Positions 19,535-28,546 of a DNA stretch of 64,000 nucleotides are shown one piece after another. The position numbers were made by a program, and so were the translations under genes. The stretch comes from Dehalococcoidia bacterium. GTDB lineage: Bacteria; Chloroflexota; Dehalococcoidia; Lucifugimonadales; JAGWBF01. The DNA is taken from NCBI GenBank assembly GCA_964291465.2, contig OZ219935.1, positions 8,229 through 72,228 of the forward strand. The letters are read 5' to 3'. The stretch's first letter is position 1. Every line of letters starts with the position of its first letter. The notes beneath the pieces were generated by a model, which worked only from the letters and a program-made list of their open reading frames with translations, searched no databases and was not told the DNA's origin.

Positions 19535-20358
19535 CTATCCGGGACCGGAGGATAGGGCGGCCTCCACCCTCACTGCGTCCCCGACCCCCGCGCCAAGGGC
19601 CTCCGCCGCGCTCCCGTTCCTCACCGCCACCTCCAGGGTGGCGGTGCTTCCCACGATGGCCAGCAGCGGCCCGGCCTCGGCGTAGGAGCGGCTCAGTCCG
19701 TGGATCCGACGTCCCTTCACTTGGACCACCAGCTCCCCTGGGCCGCGCAGCAGGCCCTCGGGAATGTCGGTGACCAGGTTCCCGTACCGGTCCACGTGGA
19801 CCACGCTGCCCTCCAGCACCGGGCCGTCCCACTCGCGCTTCGCTTGGGGCAGCAGGGTGAGCTGCGACAGCCGCGGACCGACCTCGTCGTGCGGCACGCC
19901 CAGCGAGAGATGGGCCGCAACAGGTGCGAACACGTCCCGGCCATGGAAGGTGTCGCTGGGGGGCCCAGCCACAGCTCGCGGTTGGACAGCTCGTATACCT
20001 CGTACCCCGGAGCCAGCCCCTGGCCGTCGACGTAACCCGGCCCTGCCACGTGGGTGAGGACCCCGTTGTCGGGCCCAAGAAAGCGTCCCGTGGGTGTCAC
20101 AAGCAGAACCACCTTCCGCGACGTCCCCACACCTGGGTCGACGACGACCACGTGGATGGTCCCGCTGGGAAAGAAGCGGTGGCTGCTGCCGACGATGAAG
20201 GCCCCTTGGGCGATGGCCTGGGGCTCCACCTCGTGGCTCAAGTCCACGATGGCCGCCCGGGGGTTGATCCCGAGGATAACGCCCTTCATCACGCCGACGT
20301 AGGCATCGCGGGCGCCGAAATCGGTAGTCAGGGTGATGATCGGAGGGGGAGCCGCCAT
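19535..20358 (-). pseudogene. DUF62 / S-adenosyl-L-methionine hydroxide adenosyltransferase-like gene, frameshifted
   Basis: ORF 19717-20358 gives the N-terminal half (IITLTTDFGARDAYVGVMKGV). ORF 19535-19972, in another frame, gives the C-terminal half (SDTFHGRDVFAPVAAHL...VDRYGNLVT). The frame switch maps at the G6 run at 19958-19963 (C6 on the coding strand). Confidence 0.75.
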
Positions 20359-20397
20359 TTACCTCCCACGGAGGGCGAAGCCGGCAACCGTGCTAGC

Positions 20398-20561
20398 GTG
20401 CCGTCTCACGGGTCCGTTGGATAGGCCCGTCCGTCTCCGGCCAAGTCCCGGTCCACCGGTGGTCGGGGGGTCCTTTGCCCGCGCGGAGCGCGGGGTGTGA
20501 GGGTGGGCTCGATAACCCGGGGAGGGGCCTGAGGGTCCAACCAACTTCGGAGATAGGACAC
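20398..20561 (+). ncRNA. unclassified structured RNA-like element, copy 1
   Basis: It aligns end to end with 61404-61552 and shares the P1/P2/P3 helices, including one compensatory pair swap and conserved G-U pairs that favour the + strand (see findings). Confidence 0.4.
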
Positions 20562-20770
20562 TAGAAGAACCGTACGCTGAGTATCGACACCAACAGGAAT
20601 ACGGCGGCAAGGACGATGGTGAACTGGAACAAGGTCTTCTCCAGGCCCCGGCGGGTGCGGTAGCTGGCCTGGGCGCTGCCGAACAGCCCGGACCCCGACT
20701 CCCTCACCTGCATGAGGATCACTATAATGAGGACGCCGGAGATCAGTATCTGCAGAATGTTAAGAGCCAT
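20561..20770 (-). CDS. secG: preprotein translocase subunit SecG
   Basis: 69 aa with two TM helices flanking a Gly-rich loop (RESGSGLFGSAQ). Confidence 0.85.
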   Translation of the reverse strand: MALNILQILISGVLIIVILMQVRESGSGLFGSAQASYRTRRGLEKTLFQFTIVLAAVFLLVSILSVRFF

Positions 20771-22277
20771 TGGCCACCCTCACCCTCTCGAGCTTCCTCT
20801 TCACCAGGTCGTTGACCAGGGCCGGCTTGGCCCGGCCTCCCGTGAGCTTCATCACCTGCCCCACGATGAACCTGGCGGCCGTCTCCTTGCCCTTGACGTA
20901 GTCGGCCACCGCCTGGGGATGGGCGCCCACGGCCTCCTCCACCGCCGACTCCACGGCGGTGGAGTCGCTGATCTGGGCGTATCCCCGGTCCCGGACGACC
21001 ACTGACGGGAGCTCGCCGGTCTCGAAGGACTCTTCCAGGACCCTCTTGGCCAGGGTGCCGCTGATTGCGTCCGACTCCACCAGCCGGGCCAGTTCCGCCA
21101 TGTGGACCGGCTCGACCCTGCTCTCCCGGATGCCGACGCCCTCCCGGCCCAGCAGGTGCCCCAGCTCCACCAGGACCCAGTTGGCGACGGTCTTGGCCCT
21201 TGCCGGACCGGCCTCGGCCCCGGCCCCGGCCCCGGCCCCGGTAAGGGACATGCACTCCTCGAAGTAGTCCGCCGTTGCCCTGGCGCCGGTCAGCAGGCCC
21301 GCGTCGTAGGCCGGCAGTCCGTACTGCTCCATGAACCGGCTGCGGCGTTGCTCGGGCAGCTCGGGCAGCGACCGGCGCAGCTCCTCGACCCAGGCGGGCT
21401 CGATGGACAGGGGGGGGATGTCCGGTTCGGGGAAGTAGCGGTAGTCGTGGGCGTACTCCTTGCTCCTCTGGGAAACGGTGACGCACCGCTCCTCAACCCA
21501 TCCCCGGGTCTCCTGCGCCACCGTGCCGCCCTCCTCGACCACCCGGGCCTGGCGCCCGATCTCGTACTCCAGGGCGTCGTGGACGGCCTTGAAGCTGTTC
21601 ATGTTCTTGACTTCCACCCGGGACATGTACTCACGGCTTCCCCGTGGCCTGACGCTCACGTTGGCGTCGCAGCGGAAGCTCCCGTCCTCCATGTTGCCGG
21701 TGGACACCTCCAGGTACCGGAGGATCGACCGGAGGCCCGTGAGGTAAAGACGGGCCTCCTCGGCGGACCGCAGGTCCGGCTCGCTGACGATCTCCATCAG
21801 GGGAACGCCGCCCCGGTTTACGTCCACCAGGCTGTACTGCCCGCCCCGGTCCTCGGCGTCCCGGAAGTGCTGCAGCTTGGCAACGTCCTCTTCCAGGTGG
21901 ACCCGGGCAACGCCCACGCTCCTGGTATACGCCCCGTCGCCGCTTCCCACGTCCACTTCCAGGCAGCCGCCGGTGGCCACCGGCGCGTCGTACTGGGAGA
22001 TCTGATACCCCTTCATCAGGTCCGGATACAGGTAGTTCTTCCGGTCGAACTTGGTGTACGCGGCGATGTCGCAGTCCAGGGCCAGGCCCGTCACTATGGC
22101 GTGGCGTACCGCCCTGCGGTTGACCACGGGCAGGGTGCCGGGCATGCCAAGGCATACGGGACATACGAGGCTGTTGGGGTCCGCGGACTGGTACTCCGCG
22201 CGGCAGGAGCAGAACATCTTGCTGCGGGTGAGTAGCTGAACGTGGACCTCCAGTCCGATTACAGGCTCGTATTCCAT
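20760..22277 (-). CDS. gatB: Asp-tRNA(Asn)/Glu-tRNA(Gln) amidotransferase subunit B
   Basis: 505 aa. It has MEYEPVIGLEVHVQL, the PVCLGMPGTLPV zinc motif, and a C-terminal GatB/YqeY domain. Confidence 0.95.
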   Translation of the reverse strand: MEYEPVIGLEVHVQLLTRSKMFCSCRAEYQSADPNSLVCPVCLGMPGTLPVVNRRAVRHAIVTGLALDCDIAAYTKFDRKNYLYPDLMKGYQISQYDAPVATGGCLEVDVGSGDGAYTRSVGVARVHLEEDVAKLQHFRDAEDRGGQYSLVDVNRGGVPLMEIVSEPDLRSAEEARLYLTGLRSILRYLEVSTGNMEDGSFRCDANVSVRPRGSREYMSRVEVKNMNSFKAVHDALEYEIGRQARVVEEGGTVAQETRGWVEERCVTVSQRSKEYAHDYRYFPEPDIPPLSIEPAWVEELRRSLPELPEQRRSRFMEQYGLPAYDAGLLTGARATADYFEECMSLTGAGAGAGAEAGPARAKTVANWVLVELGHLLGREGVGIRESRVEPVHMAELARLVESDAISGTLAKRVLEESFETGELPSVVVRDRGYAQISDSTAVESAVEEAVGAHPQAVADYVKGKETAARFIVGQVMKLTGGRAKPALVNDLVKRKLERVRVANGS

Positions 22278-22373
22278 CGCACTTCCGACCGCGGGCGCGG
22301 ACGCACCGGCGGAGCGGCTACCAGTATATCAGGGCCCCGAAAGGAATACAACGAAAAGGGCCCGCCCCCGTCC

Positions 22374-23030
22374 TCACTCCTCGGGCCATGCGTCCGGCCC
22401 AATGAGGGGCACGAACCGGCAAGGGCCCAGCAGGGAGACGCTGGGACCCTCGTCGGTCCTGAGCACCCTCACCAGCTCCTGCTGCAGACGGGTCCCCACC
22501 GGAATCACCATGCGGCCTCCCGTCGCCATCTGGTCCATGAGGGCACGGGGAAGGGCCGGGGCGGCGGCGGTCACGATGACGGCATCGAAGGGCCCCTTCT
22601 CGGGACAGCCGAGGACACGCCTCTCCACGAGCACCTCGACGTTGTCGCGTCCCAGGCGCAGCAGCTCGACCCGGGCCCGCTCGGCCAGCGAGGGGATGCG
22701 CTCCACCGTCAGGACATATCCATTGGGCACCAGGTGCGAGAGGACCGCGGCCTGGTACCCGCTGCCCGTGCCCACCTCCAACACACGCTCTGTGCCCCGC
22801 AGGCCCAGGCAACTCGTCATGAGGGCCACGATGTACGGCTGGGAGATCGTCTGCTCCCGGCCTATCGAGAGGGCTATGTCCTTGTAGGCCAGGTGGCGGC
22901 TCTCCGAGGGCACGAAGGCCTCCCGGGGGACGCGCTCCATTCCGGCGATTACCTTTTCGTCGCCTACCGTCCGTCTGAGGCTCCGGAAAAGGTCACGCCG
23001 GTCCCGCTCTATGCTCCCCTTCGGCGCCAC
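22374..23030 (-). CDS. pcm: protein-L-isoaspartate O-methyltransferase
   Basis: It has VPREAFVP, TISQPYIVA and the SAM motif VLEVGTGSGYQAAVL. I prefer the GTG start at 23028-23030, because the longer track ORF (to 23156) runs through the REP-like palindromes. Confidence 0.82.
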   Translation of the reverse strand: MAPKGSIERDRRDLFRSLRRTVGDEKVIAGMERVPREAFVPSESRHLAYKDIALSIGREQTISQPYIVALMTSCLGLRGTERVLEVGTGSGYQAAVLSHLVPNGYVLTVERIPSLAERARVELLRLGRDNVEVLVERRVLGCPEKGPFDAVIVTAAAPALPRALMDQMATGGRMVIPVGTRLQQELVRVLRTDEGPSVSLLGPCRFVPLIGPDAWPEE

Positions 23031-23127
23031 GGTCCCCCCCACCGTTCTTACTATATCACGGAGTACGGGACGTAACAACTTGGGGCACCGAACGGAGGCA
23101 GGCGCAAAACTCAATCGTGCCGCCGCT

Positions 23128-23211
23128 CCGTCTCTCCCGCGAACGCGGGAGTCCAATATGCCCGTGCCTGGAGCCTCGGGACTTGGATACCCGCTTTCGC
23201 GGGTATGACGG
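23128..23211. repeat. REP-like pair of inverted palindromic units
   Basis: Unit A (23128-23156) is ccgtctctcccgcgaacgcgggagtccaa. Unit B (23183-23211) is its imperfect reverse complement. Each contains an 8-bp GC-rich hairpin (ctcccgcg/cgcgggag and atacccgc/gcgggtat). Confidence 0.5.
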
Positions 23212-23268
23212 ATAAGCTACAGTCTGCCGGCGAGGGAATGACGGCAAGCAGACGGCGGGTCCGGAGGG

Positions 23269-24606
23269 CTATCCGGCATTCCGCGCCAGGACCGTGCGGA
23301 AGGCCTCCACGAAGGCGTCCACCTCCCCCTGGCCCATGGGGTTGGACACGGCCCCGACCAGGTTCGCGGTGGACAGGATTCCCTCGTTCATGAGCCCCCA
23401 GAAGACCCTCTGGCGCAGGTCCCTGTCGCTGGAGTGCACGTCGCGGTAGGTCCGCACGGGACGGTCCAGGAAGTGGATGCCGAACAGGGACCCCAGGCCC
23501 GTCACCCGCACAGGGACGTCCAGCTCGGCGCAGGCGTCCCGGACGCCCTGGCGCAGGCCCTCGGTAAGGGGCCCCAGCCGGTCGTAGACGTCGGGGGTCA
23601 GGTCCTCCAACGTCACGGCGCCCGCCACCATGGTCATGGGGTTCCCGTTGAAGGTGCCGGCATGGCCCACTACGGGACCCGCGGTCGGGTCGTACAGGTC
23701 CATCAGGTCCCTGCGACCCCCGAAGGCGCCCACGGCAAATCCCCCGCCGATGATCTTGCCGAAGGTGGTCATGTCGGGCCGGATGCCGTAGTGCTCCTGG
23801 GCCCCGCCGTGGGACGCTCGGAAGCTGATGACCTCGTCGAATATCAGGACGCTGCCGTCCACCTCTGTGAACTCCCTCAACGCGTCCAGGTACTCCTGGT
23901 CCGCGGGGACCATCCCCGACCCTCCCAGTACCGGCTCGACTATGACGGCGGCCAGCTCCCCAGCATTGTCCTCCAGGATGGCTCGGGCAGCCGCCGTGTC
24001 GTTGAACGGCATCACCACCACCTCTTCGACCACCGACGGGGGGAGGCCCGCCACGCTGGGGACCGCCGTGGGACGCTCGGGGCTCCCTCCCATGGCCGGG
24101 TCCGTCCGCACGCTGACGGACACCACGTCGTGGGTGCCGTGATAGCCGCCCTCGCACTTGGCGATCTTGGTCCTGCCCGTAAAGGCCCGAGCGGCCCTCA
24201 CGGCGTTGAGGGTCGCCTCGGTGCCCGAGTTGGTGAACCGGACCAGCTCCACCGAGGGCACCCGCCGGCACAGCAGCCGGGCGAGACGAACCTGGTGCTC
24301 GTTGGGGGCGTTGTAGACCAACCCCCGGGCGGCCTGCTCCTGCACCGCCTTGACGACGGGGGGGTAGGCGTTGCCCAGGGGCAGGCTGGTCATGTTGCCG
24401 ATGAAGTCCAGCCTGTCGGTGCCGTCCAGGTCCACGGCATGGCAGCCGCTCCCGTCCTGGATGTAGACGGGATAGGGCGCCCAGAAGATGCTGTTGCGCG
24501 TGTCGCCGCCCGGGAGGTAGCGCTTGGCCTCCTCCCACATCTCCCTAGACCTGGGGGTGGTCTCCAGGTACCGGTCCAGCTCGCTATAGACCGTGTCTTC
24601 AGCCAT
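23269..24606 (-). CDS. class-III (glutamate-1-semialdehyde aminomutase-like) PLP aminotransferase
   Basis: The likely start is MAEDTVY (ATG at 24604-24606, with GGAGG 9 nt upstream). It has typical GSGMV, DEVISFR and GKIIGGG motifs. Confidence 0.85.
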   Translation of the reverse strand: MAEDTVYSELDRYLETTPRSREMWEEAKRYLPGGDTRNSIFWAPYPVYIQDGSGCHAVDLDGTDRLDFIGNMTSLPLGNAYPPVVKAVQEQAARGLVYNAPNEHQVRLARLLCRRVPSVELVRFTNSGTEATLNAVRAARAFTGRTKIAKCEGGYHGTHDVVSVSVRTDPAMGGSPERPTAVPSVAGLPPSVVEEVVVMPFNDTAAARAILEDNAGELAAVIVEPVLGGSGMVPADQEYLDALREFTEVDGSVLIFDEVISFRASHGGAQEHYGIRPDMTTFGKIIGGGFAVGAFGGRRDLMDLYDPTAGPVVGHAGTFNGNPMTMVAGAVTLEDLTPDVYDRLGPLTEGLRQGVRDACAELDVPVRVTGLGSLFGIHFLDRPVRTYRDVHSSDRDLRQRVFWGLMNEGILSTANLVGAVSNPMGQGEVDAFVEAFRTVLARNAG

Positions 24607-24673
24607 AGATCGTACCTCCGTCTTGCTCGCCCCGGGCCTGCTCACGCCGGGCCAGCCGTCGGCGGGTCCGGCC

Positions 24674-26260
24674 CTAGTCCCGGCCCTTCCGGAGCACCCG
24701 GCCCGCGGCGTCGCCGGTGAACCGCCCGCCGTCGACGGAGACCCGTCCGTTGACCAGGACGTACTCGATGCCCTCGGGGTACTGCCTGGCCTCCTCGAAG
24801 GTGGCCCTGTCTATCACAGTGTCCGGGTCGAAGACGACCACGTCGCCATCGGCGCCGGGCCGCAGCATCCCCTTGCCTTCCAGCCCCAGCTTTCGCGCCG
24901 GGAAGGAGGTCATGCGGCGCACCGCGTCCTCCACGGTCAGCAGGCCCTCCTCGCGGACGTAGCGGCCAAGTATCCGGGGGTAGGTGCCGTACACCCGGGG
25001 GTGGGGGTTCCCCGGGGTGTACAGGCCGTCGGTGCCCACCATCATGGTGGAATGGACCATCACCGTGCGCACGTCCTCCTCGGACATGGCGAAGGACACC
25101 ATTGCCACGGCGCACCGCTCTTCCAGCAGCAGGTCGAAGATGGCGTCCACCGGGTCCTGGCCGCGCATCCCGGCGATCTCCTGGATGTTGCGGCCGATGA
25201 ATCGCTGGTTGGCGTCGCCGGGCAGGGATGAGATGGTCACGTTGTCCAGCGTCGCACCCATGCGCGTCTCACCCTCTGCGTTCAGCACCTCGCCCCTGAT
25301 GCGCTCCCGGGTATCGGCGTCGTCCAGGCGGGCCATCACCTGGTCCACGCCGCCCTCCTGGGCCCAGGGAGGCAGCACCGCCTGGAGGGTCGTGCTGCTG
25401 GCCCGATAGGGGTACTGGTCGATGGTTATGTCAAGTCCCTCGGCCCTGGTCCGCTCGATGAGCGCCAGGGAGTCGCGCACCTTGCCATGGTGGGCCCTGC
25501 CGACGGCCTTGTGGTGGGAGACCTGGACGGGCAGCCCGGCCCTGTGCCCGATCTCGATGGTCTCCGCCACCGACCGCACGAGGTCCTGCCCCTCGTTGCG
25601 CATGTGGGTGGCGTAGATCCCGCCGTACTCCCCGGCCACCCGGGCCAGCTCCACGATCTCCCCCGTCTCGGCGTAGGTCCCGGGCACGTACACCAGGCCT
25701 GTGGAGAGGCCGAAGGCCCCCGAGCCCATCGCCTCGCCGACCAGCGCCTTCATGCGCTCCAGCTCGGCGGCCGAGGGCGCCCTCTGGTCGAACCCAGTCA
25801 CCGCGATGCGCACGGTGCCGTGGCCCACCAGCGGGGCTATGTTGGTGGAGGGCGACGAGGCGTCCACCGCGTCCAGGTACTCGTCGAAGGTCCGCCAGTC
25901 CCACGAGACGCCGCTGGGAGGAGTGATGAAGGCCATGTACCGCTTCAGCATCTCCTCGGTGTCCGGGTTGAGGGGCGCCCCCGTGAACCCGCAGTTGCCC
26001 GCGACCTCCGTCGTAATCCCCTGCCTGAGCTTGTAGTCCTGGACGTCCTTGTAGAACACCGTAAGGTCCGCGTGGGCGTGCATGTCTATGAACCCGGGAC
26101 ACACGCACATGTCCCGGGCATCGATGACCCTGGCGGCGCCCTGGGAGCGGGCCTTACCCACGTACTCGATGTGCCCGTCCGTGATGGCGACGTCCCCTCG
26201 AAACCAGGGGTTCCCCGTGCCGTCGACGATCCTGCCGTTGCGTATCAGGATATCGGTCAT
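24674..26260 (-). CDS. N-acyl-D-amino-acid deacylase (D-aminoacylase) family amidohydrolase
   Basis: 528 aa. It has ILIRNGRIVDGTG...GFIDMHAHAD and a family-typical C-terminus. Confidence 0.85.
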   Translation of the reverse strand: MTDILIRNGRIVDGTGNPWFRGDVAITDGHIEYVGKARSQGAARVIDARDMCVCPGFIDMHAHADLTVFYKDVQDYKLRQGITTEVAGNCGFTGAPLNPDTEEMLKRYMAFITPPSGVSWDWRTFDEYLDAVDASSPSTNIAPLVGHGTVRIAVTGFDQRAPSAAELERMKALVGEAMGSGAFGLSTGLVYVPGTYAETGEIVELARVAGEYGGIYATHMRNEGQDLVRSVAETIEIGHRAGLPVQVSHHKAVGRAHHGKVRDSLALIERTRAEGLDITIDQYPYRASSTTLQAVLPPWAQEGGVDQVMARLDDADTRERIRGEVLNAEGETRMGATLDNVTISSLPGDANQRFIGRNIQEIAGMRGQDPVDAIFDLLLEERCAVAMVSFAMSEEDVRTVMVHSTMMVGTDGLYTPGNPHPRVYGTYPRILGRYVREEGLLTVEDAVRRMTSFPARKLGLEGKGMLRPGADGDVVVFDPDTVIDRATFEEARQYPEGIEYVLVNGRVSVDGGRFTGDAAGRVLRKGRD

Positions 26261-26922
26261 GACACCTCCCGGGCCGCGGGCCCGCCGAGGGTCTTGGCGA
26301 AGAACTCCACGGCGTGCCCCGTCGCCTCGGCTTCCCTATCCCACCAGAAGTGGTCCACTCCCTGGGCTATCCGCCACTCCACCGGCCCTCTCATGGACTC
26401 CAGCCGCTCCGTCAGGGGCCCCACGGGCGCCGACTCGTCGCTGTCGCCGCACACGACGAGCTTGGGCCTGGGGTCGGCGTCGATCCCGGCGTGCTCCAGG
26501 AATCGGACGGGCGGCGAGAACAGGACGATGGACCTGGCCGATGCGTAGCCGGACAGGTTCCGGAGAATGACACCGGTCCCGAAGGAGTAGCCGGCGATGC
26601 CCAGGCGGGCCGCGTCGACGCCCTCGGCCTCCTCCAGGGTCCGCAGCGCGGCCTCGGCGTCCTGTACCTCCATCTCTCCCTCGGTGTGAGTCCCCTGGCT
26701 GTTGCCCACGCCCCGGAAGTTGAACCTGAGGGCGGCGAATCCGGCCTCCACCAGGCCGTGGTAGACCGAGAGCACCAGGTTGTTGTTCATGTTTCCGCCG
26801 CGCAGGGGATGGGGATGGCACAGCACGACGCCGGGGAACGGGCCGGGCCCCTGGTCGGGGAGCCCCAGGACCCCTTCCAGCTTCAGGTCCTCCGCATGGA
26901 ATGACAGGGCCGTCTGACGCAT
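26257..26922 (-). CDS. alpha/beta hydrolase (COG2945-like)
   Basis: 221 aa. It has VLCHPHPLRGGNMNNNLV and the nucleophile-elbow-like GYSFG. It overlaps the upstream gene by 4 nt. Confidence 0.72.
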   Translation of the reverse strand: MRQTALSFHAEDLKLEGVLGLPDQGPGPFPGVVLCHPHPLRGGNMNNNLVLSVYHGLVEAGFAALRFNFRGVGNSQGTHTEGEMEVQDAEAALRTLEEAEGVDAARLGIAGYSFGTGVILRNLSGYASARSIVLFSPPVRFLEHAGIDADPRPKLVVCGDSDESAPVGPLTERLESMRGPVEWRIAQGVDHFWWDREAEATGHAVEFFAKTLGGPAAREVS

Positions 26923-27206
26923 GCTTCAACCCCAGTCGAGATAGCCCCATCTTAAGTTCCAGGGGTGCTTTTGACAAGGCGGGTAGGTCGGGGCCAAGGG
27001 CATAGAGGAGTTGGCTTCGATGACGGGGAGCTTGCAGTGGAAACGTGCACAGCAGCGAAATGGGTAGGTCCAATCGAACACACTAGTCATTTGCGGGAAT
27101 TGAGCGCCGCGCTAGCTGGTTGACATTGAATTCTTGGGTAATGTCTAATATGAACGTACCGGAGTGGTAGTCGACGGACCCACTAGTCGGGAGTTACCAA
27201 CGGGCT

Positions 27207-27566
27207 ATGGTAGCAGCTACGCCACCCTATAGGGAGCAAGCGCACACATTTTTCAAGCAGGCACAAGACGAATTTGTGGCAGGAGACCTACGACAAGCGT
27301 CAGAAAAGGGTTGGGGAGCCGCCGCGCAGATGGTTAAAGCGGTAGCCGAATGTCGCGGATGGGACCATAGGACACATAGGGACTTGAACCGCGTGGTAGC
27401 TCGCCTAGACGACATGCAATTGAATAACGATTTTGGCTTGGCACAAAGCCTCCATCAGAATTTCTATGAAGGTTGGCTCGAAGAGTCACAGGTCGAGCAA
27501 TATTTATCGGCGGTCGGCGCGTTCTTGGATAGACTAACCCCCCACGCAGACGACCAACACGCCTAG
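27207..27566 (+). CDS. PaREP1 family (HEPN-superfamily-like) protein
   Basis: 119 aa. RQASEKGWGAAAQMVKAVAE...H..L...LAQSLHQNFYEGW matches the PaREP1 pattern (QASEK.W.AA..VKA.A...LH.NFYE). Confidence 0.55.
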   Translation: MVAATPPYREQAHTFFKQAQDEFVAGDLRQASEKGWGAAAQMVKAVAECRGWDHRTHRDLNRVVARLDDMQLNNDFGLAQSLHQNFYEGWLEESQVEQYLSAVGAFLDRLTPHADDQHA

Positions 27567-27689
27567 TACCTAGTGAGGGCAATAAGTCCCCGGACAGGCT
27601 ACGGGACGTGTATCAACCGGGGATGATTGGCCGCTTGGAAAATTCCGCACGCCGCGCATTGACTTCCGGCCAAATATATGCGAATGTAA

Positions 27690-27767
27690 AAGAGTAGGAG
27701 TCAGGGGACCACTCGACCGGCTTGGTACGCCGGAGCGAGAGAAACGCCCCCCCTGGCTCCTACTCTT
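27690..27767 (+). repeat. long inverted repeat (18-bp arms, 42-nt spacer)
   Basis: 27690-27707 (aagagtaggagtcagggg) pairs with 27750-27767 (cccctggctcctactctt). There are 17 Watson-Crick pairs plus one U-G pair that is only valid on the + strand. It is followed by the AT-rich palindrome ttgatatatcaa (27766-27777). Confidence 0.6.
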
Positions 27768-27910
27768 GATATATCAATGCTAATGCTTATATAAACCCGT
27801 GTCAATACCGCGAGCCCCCGTACCGGCCCACACACCGAGCGCCAGCACCGTTAACGGCCCCTATCGACCCCTCTTCTTGCGCCCAGCTTTGTCCCCACCC
27901 CGCGGCCAAG

Positions 27911-28192
27911 ATGCGCTTCTCGCGAGGTACGCCCAAGATGGATGATAGGCTAATCAACTCCATCGGGTTAGCCCTTGACATCATTGGCGTCATTCTCGTC
28001 TATAGGTTTGGGATCGCCTCCGATGTGAGGCCAAGAGCTAGCGGGACCGTGATTCAATTTCCCCCTTACCCCACCGAAACTGAGCAAAGAGAAACGAGGG
28101 CACGATGGAAACGTTACCAGCGAATGGCGCTGCTCGGTTTGCTTTTTTTAGTGATAGGGCTGGCTCTGCAAGTGGCCAGCAATTACATCTGA
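27911..28192 (+). CDS. small 2-TM membrane protein, unknown function
   Basis: 93 aa with two hydrophobic helices (IGLALDIIGVILVY and MALLGLLFLVIGLALQVA) flanking a ~40-aa charged, Pro-rich loop. Confidence 0.4.
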   Translation: MRFSRGTPKMDDRLINSIGLALDIIGVILVYRFGIASDVRPRASGTVIQFPPYPTETEQRETRARWKRYQRMALLGLLFLVIGLALQVASNYI

Positions 28193-28270
28193 GCTCCGTC
28201 TGGGGGACCACTTAAAGAATGCCCACGTGCCCGGCCCTGCGCCGGCGCGGCTACGGCAGCATCACAATGG

Positions 28271-28546
28271 TCACCGCGGGGCTGGCCGAAAAGGCCCTAA
28301 CTGGAATGGCTCCTCGGTTGGGAATGTCACCTTGAAGTCGTCGCCGGAGTCGCAACGGTCAGGGTGCCCCAATATCTCGGAATCCTTCTCCCCCCAAGGA
28401 CGGTAGTCGCTTATGGCTTGCTCCAAGGACGGGCGTTCCCTTCCGGCGTAGTCACAAGGCGGCGCAGCGGTGATGTACAGGTACAGCGCCACCCCGAGCC
28501 CACCGCCGAGCACAGCCCCAATGGCCAACGACCGGAGCACCATCAC
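28271..28546 (-). CDS. small N-terminally anchored protein, unknown function
   Basis: 91 aa with a single N-terminal TM (LAIGAVLGGGLGVALYLYI). No recognisable domain. Confidence 0.3.
   Translation of the reverse strand: MMVLRSLAIGAVLGGGLGVALYLYITAAPPCDYAGRERPSLEQAISDYRPWGEKDSEILGHPDRCDSGDDFKVTFPTEEPFQLGPFRPAPR

Noticed and set aside
20398-20561. Assignment of the duplicated structured element to a known riboswitch or ncRNA class (SAM-I/IV because of the adjacent SAM hydrolase; NAD+ because of ACAACCC; Moco; ykkC; 6S; SRP).
   Set aside because: None of the remembered consensus cores (for example GCCGGCAACC plus the SAM-I junctions, ACANCCCC, the GGUCCGAGAG of ykkC, or the SRP GGAA tetraloop motif) is conserved in both copies. 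The one GCCGGCAACC in copy 1 lies outside the shared region.
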